From NCBI RefSeq assembly GCF_009914755.1, contig NC_060933.1: DNA of 64,000 nucleotides. The stretch is one strand, 5' to 3'. Origin of the DNA: the human T2T-CHM13v2.0 reference genome, Homo sapiens. Each line of letters begins with the position of its first letter. Positions within the stretch are counted from its first letter, which is position 1. A program made the translations under genes and the position numbers. Of the stretch, positions 45,710 to 60,503 are shown piece after piece. The notes beneath the pieces were generated by a model that did no database searches, was not told the origin of the DNA, and saw only the letters and a list, made by a program, of their open reading frames with translations.

Positions 45710-48700
45710 TGACACGTTTTTAAGGAAGGCTGGCTAAAGGATCCTTCTGCCTGCTGCTGACATTCAGGAATTCTTGCGTGGTGGGTGGGAGGGTTGATTT
45801 TCTGGTCTTTTGCCTTTTACCTTTTTGTTATTGTCTAACTGGTCAGCAGCTCCTTAAAAATGGATGCGTATTTAAAACCTTGGGTTATTCACATTTACAG
45901 AGATACAAACACTGACTCTTGCTGTTTTAGCAGTATTGTCTCCAGTAAATTCCAAGGCACTTATTACTATATGAAAAAACTAAAGGTTAAAATAAAGATT
46001 ATAAACTAATAGGTATATATTTAACTTTCTGCTTGAGAAAGAGGAAGTCAAGGTAACAGCTACAATATGCATATGGCCATCCTTTATTCTCAAGTTACAG
46101 GAAAAAAAAGAAAAGAAAAGAAAAGAAAACTGGAAGCATGGTATGTTAGAAGCCGAAAAGATTAACTCTAAATCGACTAAAATTCACCTGCCCCCACCCA
46201 CCTCTTCATTTTCCGATGAGGTCCTGAGGTGTAAACAAGATTATGTCATCTGATCAACATCATTGATTCAGACAGTAAAGAACAGAGCATGGCCAAAAAC
46301 ATGGGGTTTTTCAGTCTCAATCCAGTGTTCCACTTCCAGACAGATTCCACTCATCCTTCCCGTGGCAAACTAATTACTGTGAGCAAGCTGCTTTCTTAAA
46401 TAAAGAGCTGGAGGAATAGCAGTAAACGTAGACTTAATCTGAAATAAGAGAATGTTGAAATTTAACAGTAAGTTTTAATAATGAATCCTTAGAAGGAAAG
46501 AAAGTGAGTGTGAGAGACATAATAGCCAGGGGAAATCAAAACAGTTCTATAGCTAACGCTAAAGGACCATGTGTAACCAGAACAAATAAAATGCAGCCAC
46601 AGTCTGGGAGGAAAAGGTAATATGCTGGTAAAGTTATTGGCAAGAGCAATTATATTTTTGATCAAAGAAGCAAGCAAAGTGAATTATTCTTTTAAGGCCA
46701 GTAAACTGAAGGAAGTGTAGTACAGTCATAGAGTCTAAGATCTAATCTTAATCTTAAACAGGATTTCAAATATAAACAAGGCAAAACACACTGTAACTGT
46801 CAAATACTGGTACTGTGTGATAAATTGACAATGCCTTCCTAATGGTCTCAAAAAGGCATGAGTCTTGGAATTAAAACTGGAGTGAAGAAAAGAAAAGGAA
46901 ATAAGTAAGAATAAAGTGGGAGAGGGAAGAAGAAGGAGCATGATATTAACGTACTAACCTGTCAACACACTGCTCTACTTTAAAGATGATTAGTGATAAT
47001 CTATTTGTGAATATCGTGAGATGTTCTTCACATTCTGTTCCTCTGCAGATCTATAATTAAGAATTCCATGTTGTCCACTTTAATGCAATTTTTCAACTCA
47101 TCAAGAATAAACAAGAAAACAAAATTATGTCAGCAATTTTTTACCCTCCTTGAATAAGTTATTACTTCCTCTAGGCAGATAGACAAATAGTTTTCTTCAT
47201 AAACAGTAATAGTTTAGGAGTCAGAATCCTCTCCATTGAAAGTATTTCTACCATTCTATTGGCTTGTTATGCAATCTTGAGAGCTCTGGTTTACATAATA
47301 TCTACTAAAACTGATTTTTAGATCAATATCAAAATGGAGATGTTTGGCATTTGATTGTATAAGCTCTATTTGAAAAATGTGTGATTTCAAAAGATGGGGA
47401 TATGTTCAAGTTAAAAAGCAAAATATTTTAAACAGTAATTTCCAAAAAATTTAACTAGTGCACAAATATAACCCAGCAAGCCAATAGCCAAGAACAAGTG
47501 TCATCTTTTCTATTTAAAGGAAGAATCCACAATCAAAGAAATTATGCTGTTATTATGAAGCATACTCTGAGGTTTTAGTCAAAATGGCACTGTACACCAC
47601 ACTATTTTTTTAAATTCATGGAAAAAACCCACATTTGTAAATATGCTACTTTTTTCTGCAAATACAGAACTTAAAAATTCTCTTCAGAATTTGATGCCAA
47701 TGTCAGCACATTCAGTATCAACCTCTGAGTTTTCATAATACTGTTTTCAAGTCAACATAAACAACCCATTCTAAATAACATCAATTCAGCTTGTGCACTT
47801 ATTCAAATTTCTATTCATTCAATAAAATTTGGAACGCAATCCCTTTTTCATGCCAAAAACCTCATTTGCAATAATGAGCAACAGATAAGCAAGAAACGAG
47901 TCGTAATTAATGTCAAATTGGTCTTAAATTAGGGCTGTAGCTGTGACTTCAGAAAAGTCTTTTCTGTCCTGTCAACTCTTTTGCTAAGTAGCACTAGAGT
48001 ATCCAAAGATAAAAACCACACAATTCTGTCTTAAAATGTAAATTTCAAGTCATCTTTAATCAAGACTGATGGGCTGAGGTTATGCTTCCTGACAGTTTTC
48101 ATGGTATATAAAGTACATCATTTCAATCCCTGGGAGCTTACGTTTGATCTCCATTCTAAGATGCTCCATGAATTCAGTCAAACTGGACAGTCAGAAGTCT
48201 CATTCTGCAATCACTGGTTTATTAAATAAGGAATGCACTTGGATCTATAGGGATGAAACTAGTCCCTGTTGAATGGCTAAGCCAGTTGGGACTCTCTCTC
48301 TCTCTGAGGAGATGCTCGGCCACACCTCCGTGTCTGAGTTTCCTCACAGGTTGATCAAGCTCTCTTCACCAGTGCCACGCTGAGCCATATTGGAGCTGAA
48401 GACAAAAGGAAAATGAATAACACAGATCCTTTCTTTAAACTATTGGGTATTTTTGCATTAATGTAGATTTTTAACACATTGTGTTAAAATATTGTATTTT
48501 CTAATTACAAAAATTTTAGGCGACCTTTAAATGTTGTGGGCAAGGTGTTTGCCTCACTAGGCGTACCTAGCCCTGGCCCTGCTTGTTCATCCTGTAGATA
48601 GTTGAGGAAACACAGAAGCTGTTTGAGGGAAGTCAGGGGATCTATTCCAGGCTTCTCTGCAAGATAGGCATTGAATCTACCATTCCTGAACTTTTCTAGA

Positions 48701-49192
48701 CTTTCTCCATCCAAAAGATGATGCTATGGGATATCTCTTCCCAAAATTTCTCTTAGAAAGCTTAATGTAGACCATGATTTTGCTCATGACACATTGCACT
48801 TTTCCTTTTTTGCTCTAGACAATTCAAAAGCAAAGAGTAATTAGGGAAATCGATTACATGAGTCAGTGAATGGACGAATGATAACTTATCTATCTCTGGA
48901 GAAAATGCTTATTTTCCCCAATAGAGTTTTCTATAAGACAACTAAGGAGAAATCTTTTAAAAATCAACTCAGCTGTGGATTTATTTAGACAAGCAGTGTA
49001 TGGTCACTGGCAGTTCATTTTTTACCTGATGAACCCAAATGTACTTGCATGAAGACATCTTACACTGAGTAGCCTGAGGCTAAGTAGGGACCATTCATTC
49101 AGTTTTTACTTAGTACTTTTTGTTGTTAGACAGCTTATATATAATATTTTCTTTTTTCAATGGTGTGGTTGATTATTAAAAACAACTTTCCA

Positions 49193-49367
49193 GACCCGGT
49201 CACGGTGGCACACACCTGTAGTCCCAGCTATAGTCTGAGGCAGGAGGATCACTTGAGTCTAGGAGTTTGAGGCCACAGTACACTATGATCCTGCCTGCAA
49301 ATAGCCACTGAACTCTAGCGTGAACAGCATAGCAAGACACCTCAAAAAGTTAAAAAAAAAAAAAAAA
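49193..49367 (+). mobile_element. FAM (fossil Alu monomer)
   Basis: Single monomer retaining the 7SL-like 'gcctgcaaatagccactgaactc' segment absent from dimeric Alu arms; A tail. Confidence 0.8.
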
Positions 49368-49794
49368 GACACTTTTCAGCTGCATTCGAGCCAAATTCAA
49401 AAATTTTATGGTGGGGAAAAACACATCTTAGAAACTAAGAAAACAGTAGTGCATACTCCTCAGTGTTGCTTTTTCTTACCAATACTTCAAGTTCCTCACC
49501 ACCACAGCACTTGACACAAACCTGTGTGATTTTTCCCATCAAGTTCTGTCATGTTTGGTTTAGTAATCTCCTTTGCTACTCCTTCCCCACTGCTCTTTGC
49601 GGAGCAGAAACTTCTGTTTATTTCTGCATAGAACAGCACAGCTGCAAATGTCTTTAGCAAACATTGATTCAAGGAATGAATGAATGAATGAATGGGTAAA
49701 TGAATGATACCCTCATATCTTTGCAGATAGCATCTATTTTCCCCAGCAGAAATATCTGCAAGCCATACAAGAAGAGGTATCCAAAGAGCTTTAA

Positions 49795-50112
<318 letters not shown>

Positions 50113-50314
50113 TAAGCTGCTGGAAGAATTCTAGATGAGGGAATTGGGGATAAGAAGAAAAGAAAATCACTGTGCTGCTAGTGCATTACAAGGAAAAGTA
50201 AGAATATACAAAAATAGAGCATTGCCTATGAAATAAGAAAGCAAAGACTTTACCGTAGCTCAGGGAGCAACTTGTGCTAACTAGGTTTAGTGCAAGCCAC
50301 ATAGGCCTAGGTTG

Positions 50315-50430
50315 AAGGTGACCATCTGTCTAGGTTTGCCTGCAAATGAGGGATTTCCTGGGACATGAGACTTTCAGAGATAATACCGGAAAGTCCTAAG
50401 CAAACCAGGACCACATCTGAGTATGTTCAC
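50315..50430. mobile_element. MER81-like hAT-Blackjack MITE
   Basis: 'ggtgaccatctgtctaggtttgcc...gggatttcctgggac...gactttcag...gaaagtcctaagcaaaccaggac'. Confidence 0.7.
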
Positions 50431-53044
50431 TGGGCAGGTCTGACTGGGCTTGCTTACTGTGTGGAGACACTAAGGAATTGCATATGCCTCTATGGGAAGC
50501 CTGGAAGTCCTGCTGGCTGGTCATAGCTACCCAGAGGAGGAATTGGACTATCTGAGCCCATAATGAAGTTTCCAAAGGCTAGAGCGAAGTCCAAGTCTTA
50601 GAAAGGCTGTGTAGGTGATGTCTTCCTCAGAATGTCATACCTTCTACACTCCACCTTGACGCCCACCCATGCTGAATGGCTTGGCTTCCCAAGGGAACAT
50701 CTTAGAGTAATGAAAGAGGACAAATAAACTCAAACAAGATGAACGAAGAATTTCACCTAGCTTTGTTTTCCGTTTTCATTCATTCATCCAAAGTAATTCT
50801 TTCCCTGCTGACATTGGACACATCACCCTTGTATCATACAGTGAGTAGCCCTGAATCCTGGGGCCATTTCTGTCTTGTTCCCACTAAAACATCAGGCTCT
50901 GCTTAAAAGCACACACCTAAATGTTTGTTGAATAAACTATGGAAATCCCTTCTACCTAGAGCCTAAGACATAGACAATGCCCTGACACTTTCTGTCTTTA
51001 TGTCAGTCAGTGTGGATTCTGGGCCTCTGGTCGCACTCCCTCTAGTGAAATTCAAGGCTGTATAGACACACACAAAACAAGAAACTTCCAAATTTTAAAG
51101 AAATGTGAATAATTGGCATGCATTTAGTATAAAGGGATTTTGTGAGTGATTAGATTCTTTACCTTTTCTCTAATTCCCAATCCATCTAAACTTGTCCTGC
51201 AGAAAAGTACACCTATAAAACAAATTTGACCAAAAAAAAAAAAAAAAAAACAGAATCTGACCTGAAACCCTTCAGTTTATAGGTAGCTTCCAAAGCTACA
51301 GAGACGAGGTTTCCAAAATTTTTCTATTAACTGATTTTTTTTTGTTTTACTTGTTTTACTTGGCTCACTAACCAGATATATTTACTCCTAAGATAAATTT
51401 ATAGCAATGGGTACTTCTGTATAATCAAGGCAAATAAATTAAGAGAGAAGATTAAGTAGTTTTTGATACTTATTTCGTGTAATTATATGGGAATCTGAGT
51501 TGATGACTTTGCACTTCATTTCTACCATGTGGCAGTAGGTAGCACTTTAATTCGCAGTGTCCGAAAAGCTCCATTAATAATTGTGCAAAGAGATAAGCCA
51601 TAGGGTATTTGATTTTGTTACTTCTTCCTACAATAAAAGGAAGTATCTTTCTGGAAGAGCAGGTCTAAGTCTGTGCTGGTGAACAGAATCATGGGCAAGA
51701 GATGAATATATGATCCAAGGCAGATTCAACAGATTTAGTGACATCAGCCCACAAAATTTAGACGGTCTGAATCCCGTAACATAAAAGAAATGTGTCGGGA
51801 GGATGGGAGGGTCATTTAACAGAGCCACAATTTATTCTCAAGAAGGAAGGAATTCATTGCAGCACATAAACCTCTATGCAAATAAGAGCAATATAGTGTC
51901 TAAGGACACTGAGGATTAAGAATAATGATTCATTTCAACTTTAGGTCCAGAGACAATCCTGAGGCTGCCGGGGACATCTTCAAAAATGCCTCCTAAGCAC
52001 ATCTTATGTGAAATTTATCATGAGGAGAAATGGTCACGGGGGTGTGGGTGGGGTGGGGAATCTGGAGAAGAAGGGGCTGTAGCAGAAGAGAAAACAAATG
52101 ATTCTCTCTAAGAGAAAAAGCTGCCTCTTCACTATATCATACAGAGAAAGTTTGGTCTGAACCTTGATTAGAAAGGGTGCCTTATGCCAAGTAAATTATG
52201 CTAATACCAGGGAAGCTGAATAGGTTTTACCTCCTATTGATAAGTATTGCCTAGTATGTAGTATTGAATGATTCAAAAGCCCTGAAATTATGGTTGATTA
52301 CCTATGTCTAGTAAAGGCTCAAGAATGAAAGACACGGTTATTTCTGAGTCAGAAGAATCCCTACCTTCTTCTGATTCAGCAAGTATTCTTAAAGTGCTCT
52401 AGAAATTGTACCAATAGCCAAAGTGAGGTGCCCTCATACCTAACTGCTTTCTACAGCCCCCTACTTCCCTCAGAGATAAAGTGGCATCTTCATTTTGGTA
52501 TATGCATTTGCTCTCTGTCAATTAGGCTCCAAGAATGTTTATTTCATCATACCTGGCTGCTTAATGTGGCCACTAGGAAATAGCTTAAAATAACTGTTGA
52601 AAACACTGGATTTTCATTCTCTCCTGAAATTTCACTGCTATATCGGTTTATTAGCTATCGAATATATCAGAAGCCATCAAATTTATCAATAATGAATTTG
52701 TTCAAATTTAGCTTAAACGAAGAATCAAAAATCAAATCCACTTGGAAACACATACGTGTGTCTTTATGTGTATAAAAAGGTGAAGACATGTGTGCATGTG
52801 TGTGTCTGTGTGTGTGTGTGAATTGGCAGCATGCATAAGCCTACTGAATCTTCTCCATCATTTTATTTTTTTTCTTTTACCTACACCCTTTACAAAGGAA
52901 TCTTCAGGATAACTGTTTCCAATTGTGCTACTATAAATTGATACTCACTAGTATATGTCCTCCCAAGTGGCATGTCTCTACAAAAAGACAGAAGTTGCCC
53001 TAAAAGGACAGGTTTCACAGATTAAGCTTCTATCCAGAACTACA

Positions 53045-53232
53045 TTGCCCAATCCACATGTCACTATTTAAATAATTTAAATTTAAATGAATTTAAATTA
53101 AATAAAATTTCAAATTCAGTTCTTCAGTCACACTAGCTATATTTCTAGTGTTCATTAGGCACATGCAGCTTGCAGCTACCATATTGGAAAGCAAAGAGAA
53201 CATTTCAACATCACAAGGAGTTCTGTCGGAGA
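53045..53232 (-). mobile_element. MER3 (second copy)
   Basis: 'aaattcagttcttcagtcacactagcta...gctaccatattgga...gaacatttc'. Confidence 0.72.
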
Positions 53233-54329
53233 AAAAGAGGAAGGAGAAGAGAGAGATTTTAAAATAATGAATAGGCTTGGGTAGATTGAATCAGACTTCT
53301 AATACAAAGCCTACAGCACTAAAAAAAGGGTGGCAGAAGAGGCACATCTCTGAAGCTGAAAAGAGTTAAATTGAGACCAGTTTCATTGGTAAGCAGCAAA
53401 ATGTAAATATAGAGAACTTTACAACCGAAGGTAGTAGATAAAATGATTTTGGAAATTTATAGAAAGTCATAGATTGATAGTCAGTTGGGCTCTCTTGAAA
53501 CCAAAAACACATGTCCATGTGCTATGTTAATAGAAATCTTTGAAGGAGCTATGACTTTACTTTTTAGTTATATCCAAAACTTCTATTCCATTTAGAATAC
53601 CACAATTCAAATAAATATAAAATGATTTCCGATACTTTCACATAAAATTGTTCTTTAGTATTATGGGATCAAAATGAGGGTTAAGAGCATATCATGAGCA
53701 AATACCACATCATTGAATATTTATAAGCACTTGCAATGTATACAGAATTGTGCTGGTTTCTTTAAGAGGTAGCAGTTTAACAAAAGGCTGTCTTTATACT
53801 CAAGTGAATGTCATTAACAGAATAACTCAAGTTTGAGAGGGGCAGACAGTTAAAATATATGCCAGTCTGATTAATATGTAGTGATAAGAAGAATGCTAAT
53901 ATCTGAAATATTAACATGGCCTTTGTTAAAATAGTTCTATGCATACAACAAATGTATTTACAAACAGTGAAAATGAATTATGTCAAGAAAGTCAGTAGGT
54001 TTATTTTTGCCATGTACTGTAATTTTTTTCCCAAATTTGTCACCACTGTTATTGCAAGAAGAGGCACAAAACTGAAACACTGGCTCATCAATGTTTCTGA
54101 AATAAATGGAAAATTAATTATAGAATAGTATTACAGTCATTGTCAGTGAAGTCTTTGATTTAGGATCATACCTGAAATAACTCTAAAATGTAGTAGTTTT
54201 AAGTTGTTTCTTTGGAAATATTTCAGTTGCTCAGTGACCTGATAAGTCAATTTTGTAAAAAATGCAGAGCTTTTCTTTGTTGAGTTTTTAGATGTTACCC
54301 ATGGCAGAGGTCTTGGCAGCATACTCTTT

Positions 54330-54725
54330 TGACATTGTTAGCTTGTGATTATGATGTCTGTGGTTAACAGCAGATTTCTGTGTCCATCAGCTGCAGGTCA
54401 GTTCTATAGCTCTGCTGATTGTAGATGGCCTTGCCTGGGATGACCAAGGAGGTCTGGCTCTGCTTCACATATCCCCCAGCAAGCTTATCCTCTAGCAAGA
54501 TAGCTCAGGCATGTCCTTGTCATGGTGAGGTGCACAATCACACGAGCCTTTTTCAAGTCTCTGCTGTGTCACATTTGTCAATATTCCATTGGTCCACAGT
54601 AAGTCACATGACCCTGGGCAGGATGCCTGCAAAGAATGAAAGAGCACTGCAAACTGACATGGGGAAGGGCATGGAAAGAAATAGACAAGAGGAATCAGGG
54701 TCATTAATGCAATCAGTCATCTACA
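54330..54725 (-). mobile_element. MLT1-family LTR remnant
   Basis: 'tttcaagtctctgct...ccattggtccacagtaagtcacatgacc' resembles the element at 2750-3191. Confidence 0.62.
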
Positions 54726-55493
54726 AAGTATATTTCACCTAAATACAGAGTATACAGAAATCTAAAGCAAGGATTAAATGGAAAAGGGTTTTAAAAAAAA
54801 AAAACACAAATTTATGTTTTTGTGTTGGAAGAGTTTCTTATTCTCAATCTTTAATTCCTATAAATTTTGAACCAATAAAATGCAAAACTATTCTACTAAA
54901 ATAAGTCGGAAAGTAGATCTACCCTAGCTAAAACAAAAATCTTGATCTATAGCAATGGATACAAACCTTGTATTCACTTCCATAACTCTACAACAAAGAG
55001 CTATTCTGAACCTACCCAAATGCAAAGGGCAGAAGGGCAGCAAATAAAGAGCTCTACTTTCCTGGGGGAGAAGGGGAAGTTCTTTCTGAATCAATATTTA
55101 TAGTTGTTTATTTTTTCCCTATACAAAAGGTGTTTTTCCCCTAGAGAATAATTTGTAATAAATTGGTTAGAAAGATGTAATATAAAGATACAGAGGAAGC
55201 TTGCCCTACAAGTTACTGTAGAATTCGGTACATAGACAAACTGGAAATGTCACTGCAATTAGTAAGCAAATAAATTTGTCTATGAGAATCAGAATCTAAT
55301 AAAGGTAGTGTCTCTACAAACAAAGTTAAAAACAACCATCTAAATAATTCAAGACCATGTAAAACCAACCACTAAGATGGAAAGGGGAGTTTAGTCTGAA
55401 TGAGTCAGATTGTTTGTCTTCACACAGTAAAAATTACTAGATAATTATCACTTTGTTTTCCTACTTAGGCAGCATCAGAAAGCCAGAATGTAG

Positions 55494-55861
<368 letters not shown>

Positions 55862-56896
55862 CTAGAATGTAGGTTTTTAAGAAGGATTAAGAAGATACAG
55901 AAAGAGTTTGGCTTCTTCAAACCCAGCCCTCACATCCACAATCCAGCAGGCAAGAAGGAGGAAAACATGCCCCAATACCCCCAAGTGAATGCGACACTTG
56001 CATTTACTTCCCCTTAATCAGAACTTAATCACCTGCACATACCTGCCAGTGAGGGGGCTTAGGAATTACGGTCTCCATTCTGATCAGCCTATGCTCAGAT
56101 AAATATGGTAGCTCTGTACCCAATGGGAAAAGAAAATGAATTTTGGAAGAATATTGGAGGAGGAGGGTGAATGGCAGCTCTTTCAGACTGTGGGAATCTC
56201 TTCTGTGTTCCCTTTGTGCTAGAGAGTTCTTAAGCACTTCACCATTTAGATATTCTCAGAAGAGCATCAACCCTCATGATTGAATCCAGGAACTGAGCCT
56301 TTTTCTAAACTCCATTTCCTTCTTTCTCCATTCTCTGAGCTCCTAACACCAAGAGGTGGTGGGAATACCGTCACAAAAGAACAGCAAACAGAAACTCAGG
56401 GAGGAGCCTCCAAGTTTGTGGTAGCCCCCACTATTAACATGAGCTGAACAATGCTTGATAATTCAAACAAGGTAGGCCTGTGACTCAGGATGTTCACATC
56501 CTAAAAGGCAGTTGACAACCTGTGAGGAGAAATGTCAATATTCACAACAGTTCAGGAGGTTAAATATCTTAAGAAACAACACACTGAAATGAAAGCACCT
56601 TGATATTACCCTGTGACTACTTGCAGCACTTCTTCCTTCTTTTTCCTCAGACTGCTGAGAATATTGCCAGAAGAGATAGGAAAAATAAAACTTGGGAGTG
56701 GTAGAATGAGAAAAGATAGTTACTGTTTTGGTCACTTGCTAGGCATTGGATGCCCCAAATTGCTATTTTCCAAAGAATCTTATCATTTGATCCCAAAAGC
56801 CAACTGAAGGCAAATGATGCCATCACTTAAAATTATGTTTATCACCCAGCCCCATGCCTTCGGTCTTACCCAACACACTATTTAGAAAATCGGCCT

Positions 56897-57212
<316 letters not shown>

Positions 57213-57349
57213 AGAAATTTGAGAAAGAAAACAGAAAATAGATTTGAAAGTGAAATACTAGGGTCCAATCTGGCAATCTAGTAATCCTAAAGATTAAGAG
57301 AAAAGTTAGTTATGAGTGTTGGTTAACATTTTAATAGCGGGTACTATTG

Positions 57350-57394
57350 CTAATTTGGTATTTTGGTTTTTTGCATTTTTTTCCACAGGTAAGA
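57350..57394 (+). other. Branch point + polypyrimidine tract + CAG|GTAAGA (candidate recursive splice site / cryptic acceptor)
   Basis: CTAAT 57350-57354, U-rich tract 57361-57385, CAG 57386-57388, GTAAGA 57389-57394. Confidence 0.5.
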
Positions 57395-57654
57395 AAAAAA
57401 GAGGAAAACATGCTTTCTAACTTCATGGCAATGAGAAATACATACATAAGTTTTTATATTTCTTCCTGGCTTAGATTTATTTCTCACTGTGGGCATAAAC
57501 CAGGACAGGTACCCTCTGAATATAACCTTTCCCCAGATGTGGAGTGCAAATGAATGGGTTCTTAAGTTATGGTGCTAGACATTTGTGCATTTGAAGTTGA
57601 AGGGACAACCATCCCATGACCCGTTGTACCTGAGGTGGTTAACGCGAATGATAA

Positions 57655-58125
<471 letters not shown>

Positions 58126-59079
58126 TGAGATTTTGCTTTGAATTTACCTTGGTCCTATTTAGTATGGTAATTTTCTTAAGACTTAAATTGAATTACTTGG
58201 ATTCACAGCTTCTACTGAGAAAACAAATTGATTTTTAAATATATTCTAATAAATGTCATTTTTCCCCACCCCATAAAAGTTTATTTCAAGCAAAGGAAGA
58301 AAGAAGAAATTATAAATAGAAAGATGCTATCTGTAAAGAACAGATGCTATCTGTTGAATTTGGGTTCTCACTGAAGGAAAAATGTTATTGGTATAAACAG
58401 GGAAATTTCGGCATGTATTCAAAGTTGATGCTATTCAAAGTGAAATTGCTGAAGGATATAGAAACAGTGTGGAATAACCAAACGAACAGGGGCCCAACTC
58501 TTCCTCTAAGATAAATGGGGACAAACTTTAAGCAAACAGTATCTCAGCTTCCTTCTTGGTGAAGTCAGGGCGATAGACCAGAAGACCGCCAAGGCTCTTG
58601 GAAATCTGAATTCAAGAATTCCATATAGGATTCTGAATTACAGCAATGAAAAGAGTGTAGTCTGGAATCTTATAGAACATGAGAGCAACAAATAAGCTAG
58701 TCATAGGCATGATTGCATCAGAAAGCTGATCCTCTTTCCTTCGATTCCTAAGGAGCGATCTTCAAGAGTGCCCTGCCTTAGGCAAGCTCTCTTCTGACCC
58801 ACTGCAACTTTGTTTTACTCCATCGAACTCAGGAGTCTATTAAATGTTTAACCAGTTAATCTCATCAACTAACTGCCATAAAAATATTGAAGTAGGTTTA
58901 ACACATTACTCTCCTGGGTAACAGGGTTGCATGTTAACAGTAGGCTAGAAGAGCTAAGCAAACAGTGGCGATGTGATCCCAGGCTTCACTGCAATATTTA
59001 GTGTACTGGAGAAAGCAGGCTAGAGCTCAGGAACCTTCAAGGGCTCTTTACATTTCTTCAAGGGCTCTGCCCAAAGAGG

Positions 59080-59310
59080 TGGCAGAGCAGAGCAATTAAG
59101 AACTGTGCTACCTGAGTTTAAATCCTGGCTCTTTGGCTTACTATTTAAGCTGGAGCAAGTTTCTCAATCCCAGTTCCTTCATCTTTACAAGGGGGAAAGC
59201 ATTAGCTTGTAGCTCACAGGGACATTGTAAAGCTTAAATGAGTTAATACGTGTAAACCATAGCAAGGTTTGGCACTCAGGAAGTGCTCAATAACTCTTAG
59301 CTATTACTGT
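59080..59310 (+). mobile_element. MIR
   Basis: 'gagtttaaatcctggctct...cagttccttcatctttacaa...ggcactcaggaagtgctcaataa'. Other MIR remnants at ~59630-59850 (-), ~60650-60860 (+), ~60920-61140 (-), ~61820-62000 (-), ~63580-63700 (+). Confidence 0.75.
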
Positions 59311-60484
59311 TTTATGCTACATGCTCGGTCACCTTCTCTGTCTAACCTGCAAATAGGAGCCTAAAGCCTACAAGTGTTTTAAATTAAGCTGCTGTGAACA
59401 CATAATGAAATACATGGCCATATTCTTGGCTACTTGTACCATCTGGTTGAGGAAGAAGCAATGTTACACAGTTATAAACCTGAAGCGTTATTTCTCCCTT
59501 TTAGCAATGCAGCATGTGACAGTGAGTAACATTGTTGACAAAGCACCTGTAATGACTTTCACAGCTGAGAGACACACAAAAAAAGAAACATCAACTAAAA
59601 TAACAAAAATAGTTAATTATTACTGTCATCCTTAACTGTTTTTACTATATCATGGGCCCTTCACACGTTTACTTTTCACGAACATCTTAAAAGATAAATT
59701 AAAATAGTATTTCTGTTATACAGATGCTGAAACCGAAGCTTAGAGATGTCTCATAACTTCCCAGAGTCCTATAATTACTAAATGACAGAGCCAGGGTTCA
59801 CCTCAGACAGTCTGATTCCAGAGTCCCTCCACTCCTCTGTTAACCTGCTACCTGCCATGGGTCTCAATTCATAGACTGCATTGTCAACTAATAGGGACGG
59901 TCATTTAAAATAGTCATTCAAACTTTTCAAGAGGGAAAAGGCACCTTCCTTTGCATTTATACTACTTAATATCTAAGTTCCTGAGTCTACTATTAATTTG
60001 AGAGATATGTTTGAATCCTTATAAAACAAAAACTCACAACAGTGGAGCAATCTTCTGGCCTATATTCAAAAGGGGAGTCTTCTAAGAATTAATAAATCAT
60101 AACTTGTTTATGATTTAGCAACCACATTAAATATTATGGAAAGAGAACTACAGCCAAACCATCAGGTCTGCGTTACCCTGAACAAGTCATTTTTCCTCTC
60201 TGACCCTGAGTCTATTCTGTGAACTGACAGAACTGGACTAGAGAATCTCAAAATTTATCCAGACACTCTGCACAGACATTGACATGCAAAATAAACTCGC
60301 GTATATTTTACTCAATTATTTCAAGATACCTCTAGTCTTTAGATATCTTTAAATATGTTTCAAATTTTGGAGGATTTTTTTCATCAGACATTTAGGGATG
60401 CAAATGGGCTGTCCTGCCAGTGCTCTCAAATTTAGGAGACCCCTAAGCCTAAATAGTGGTTTGGTTCACATTTCATTAAAACAG

Positions 60485-60503
60485 CAATGCCACCTAGTGG
60501 ACA
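60485..60503 (-). promoter_or_regulatory. CTCF core motif (candidate site)
   Basis: Minus strand reads TGTCCACTAGGTGGCATTG, a close match to the CCAC(C/T)AG(G/A)(G/T)GGC(A/G) consensus. Confidence 0.6.

Noticed and set aside
48469-48489. Near-perfect palindrome TTTTAACACA-t-TGTGTTAAAA
   Set aside because: Short, AT-rich and isolated; no TSD or element context.
60093-60117. 10-bp stem hairpin TAAATCATAA-cttgt-TTATGATTTA
   Set aside because: About one such AT-rich stem is expected by chance in this window.
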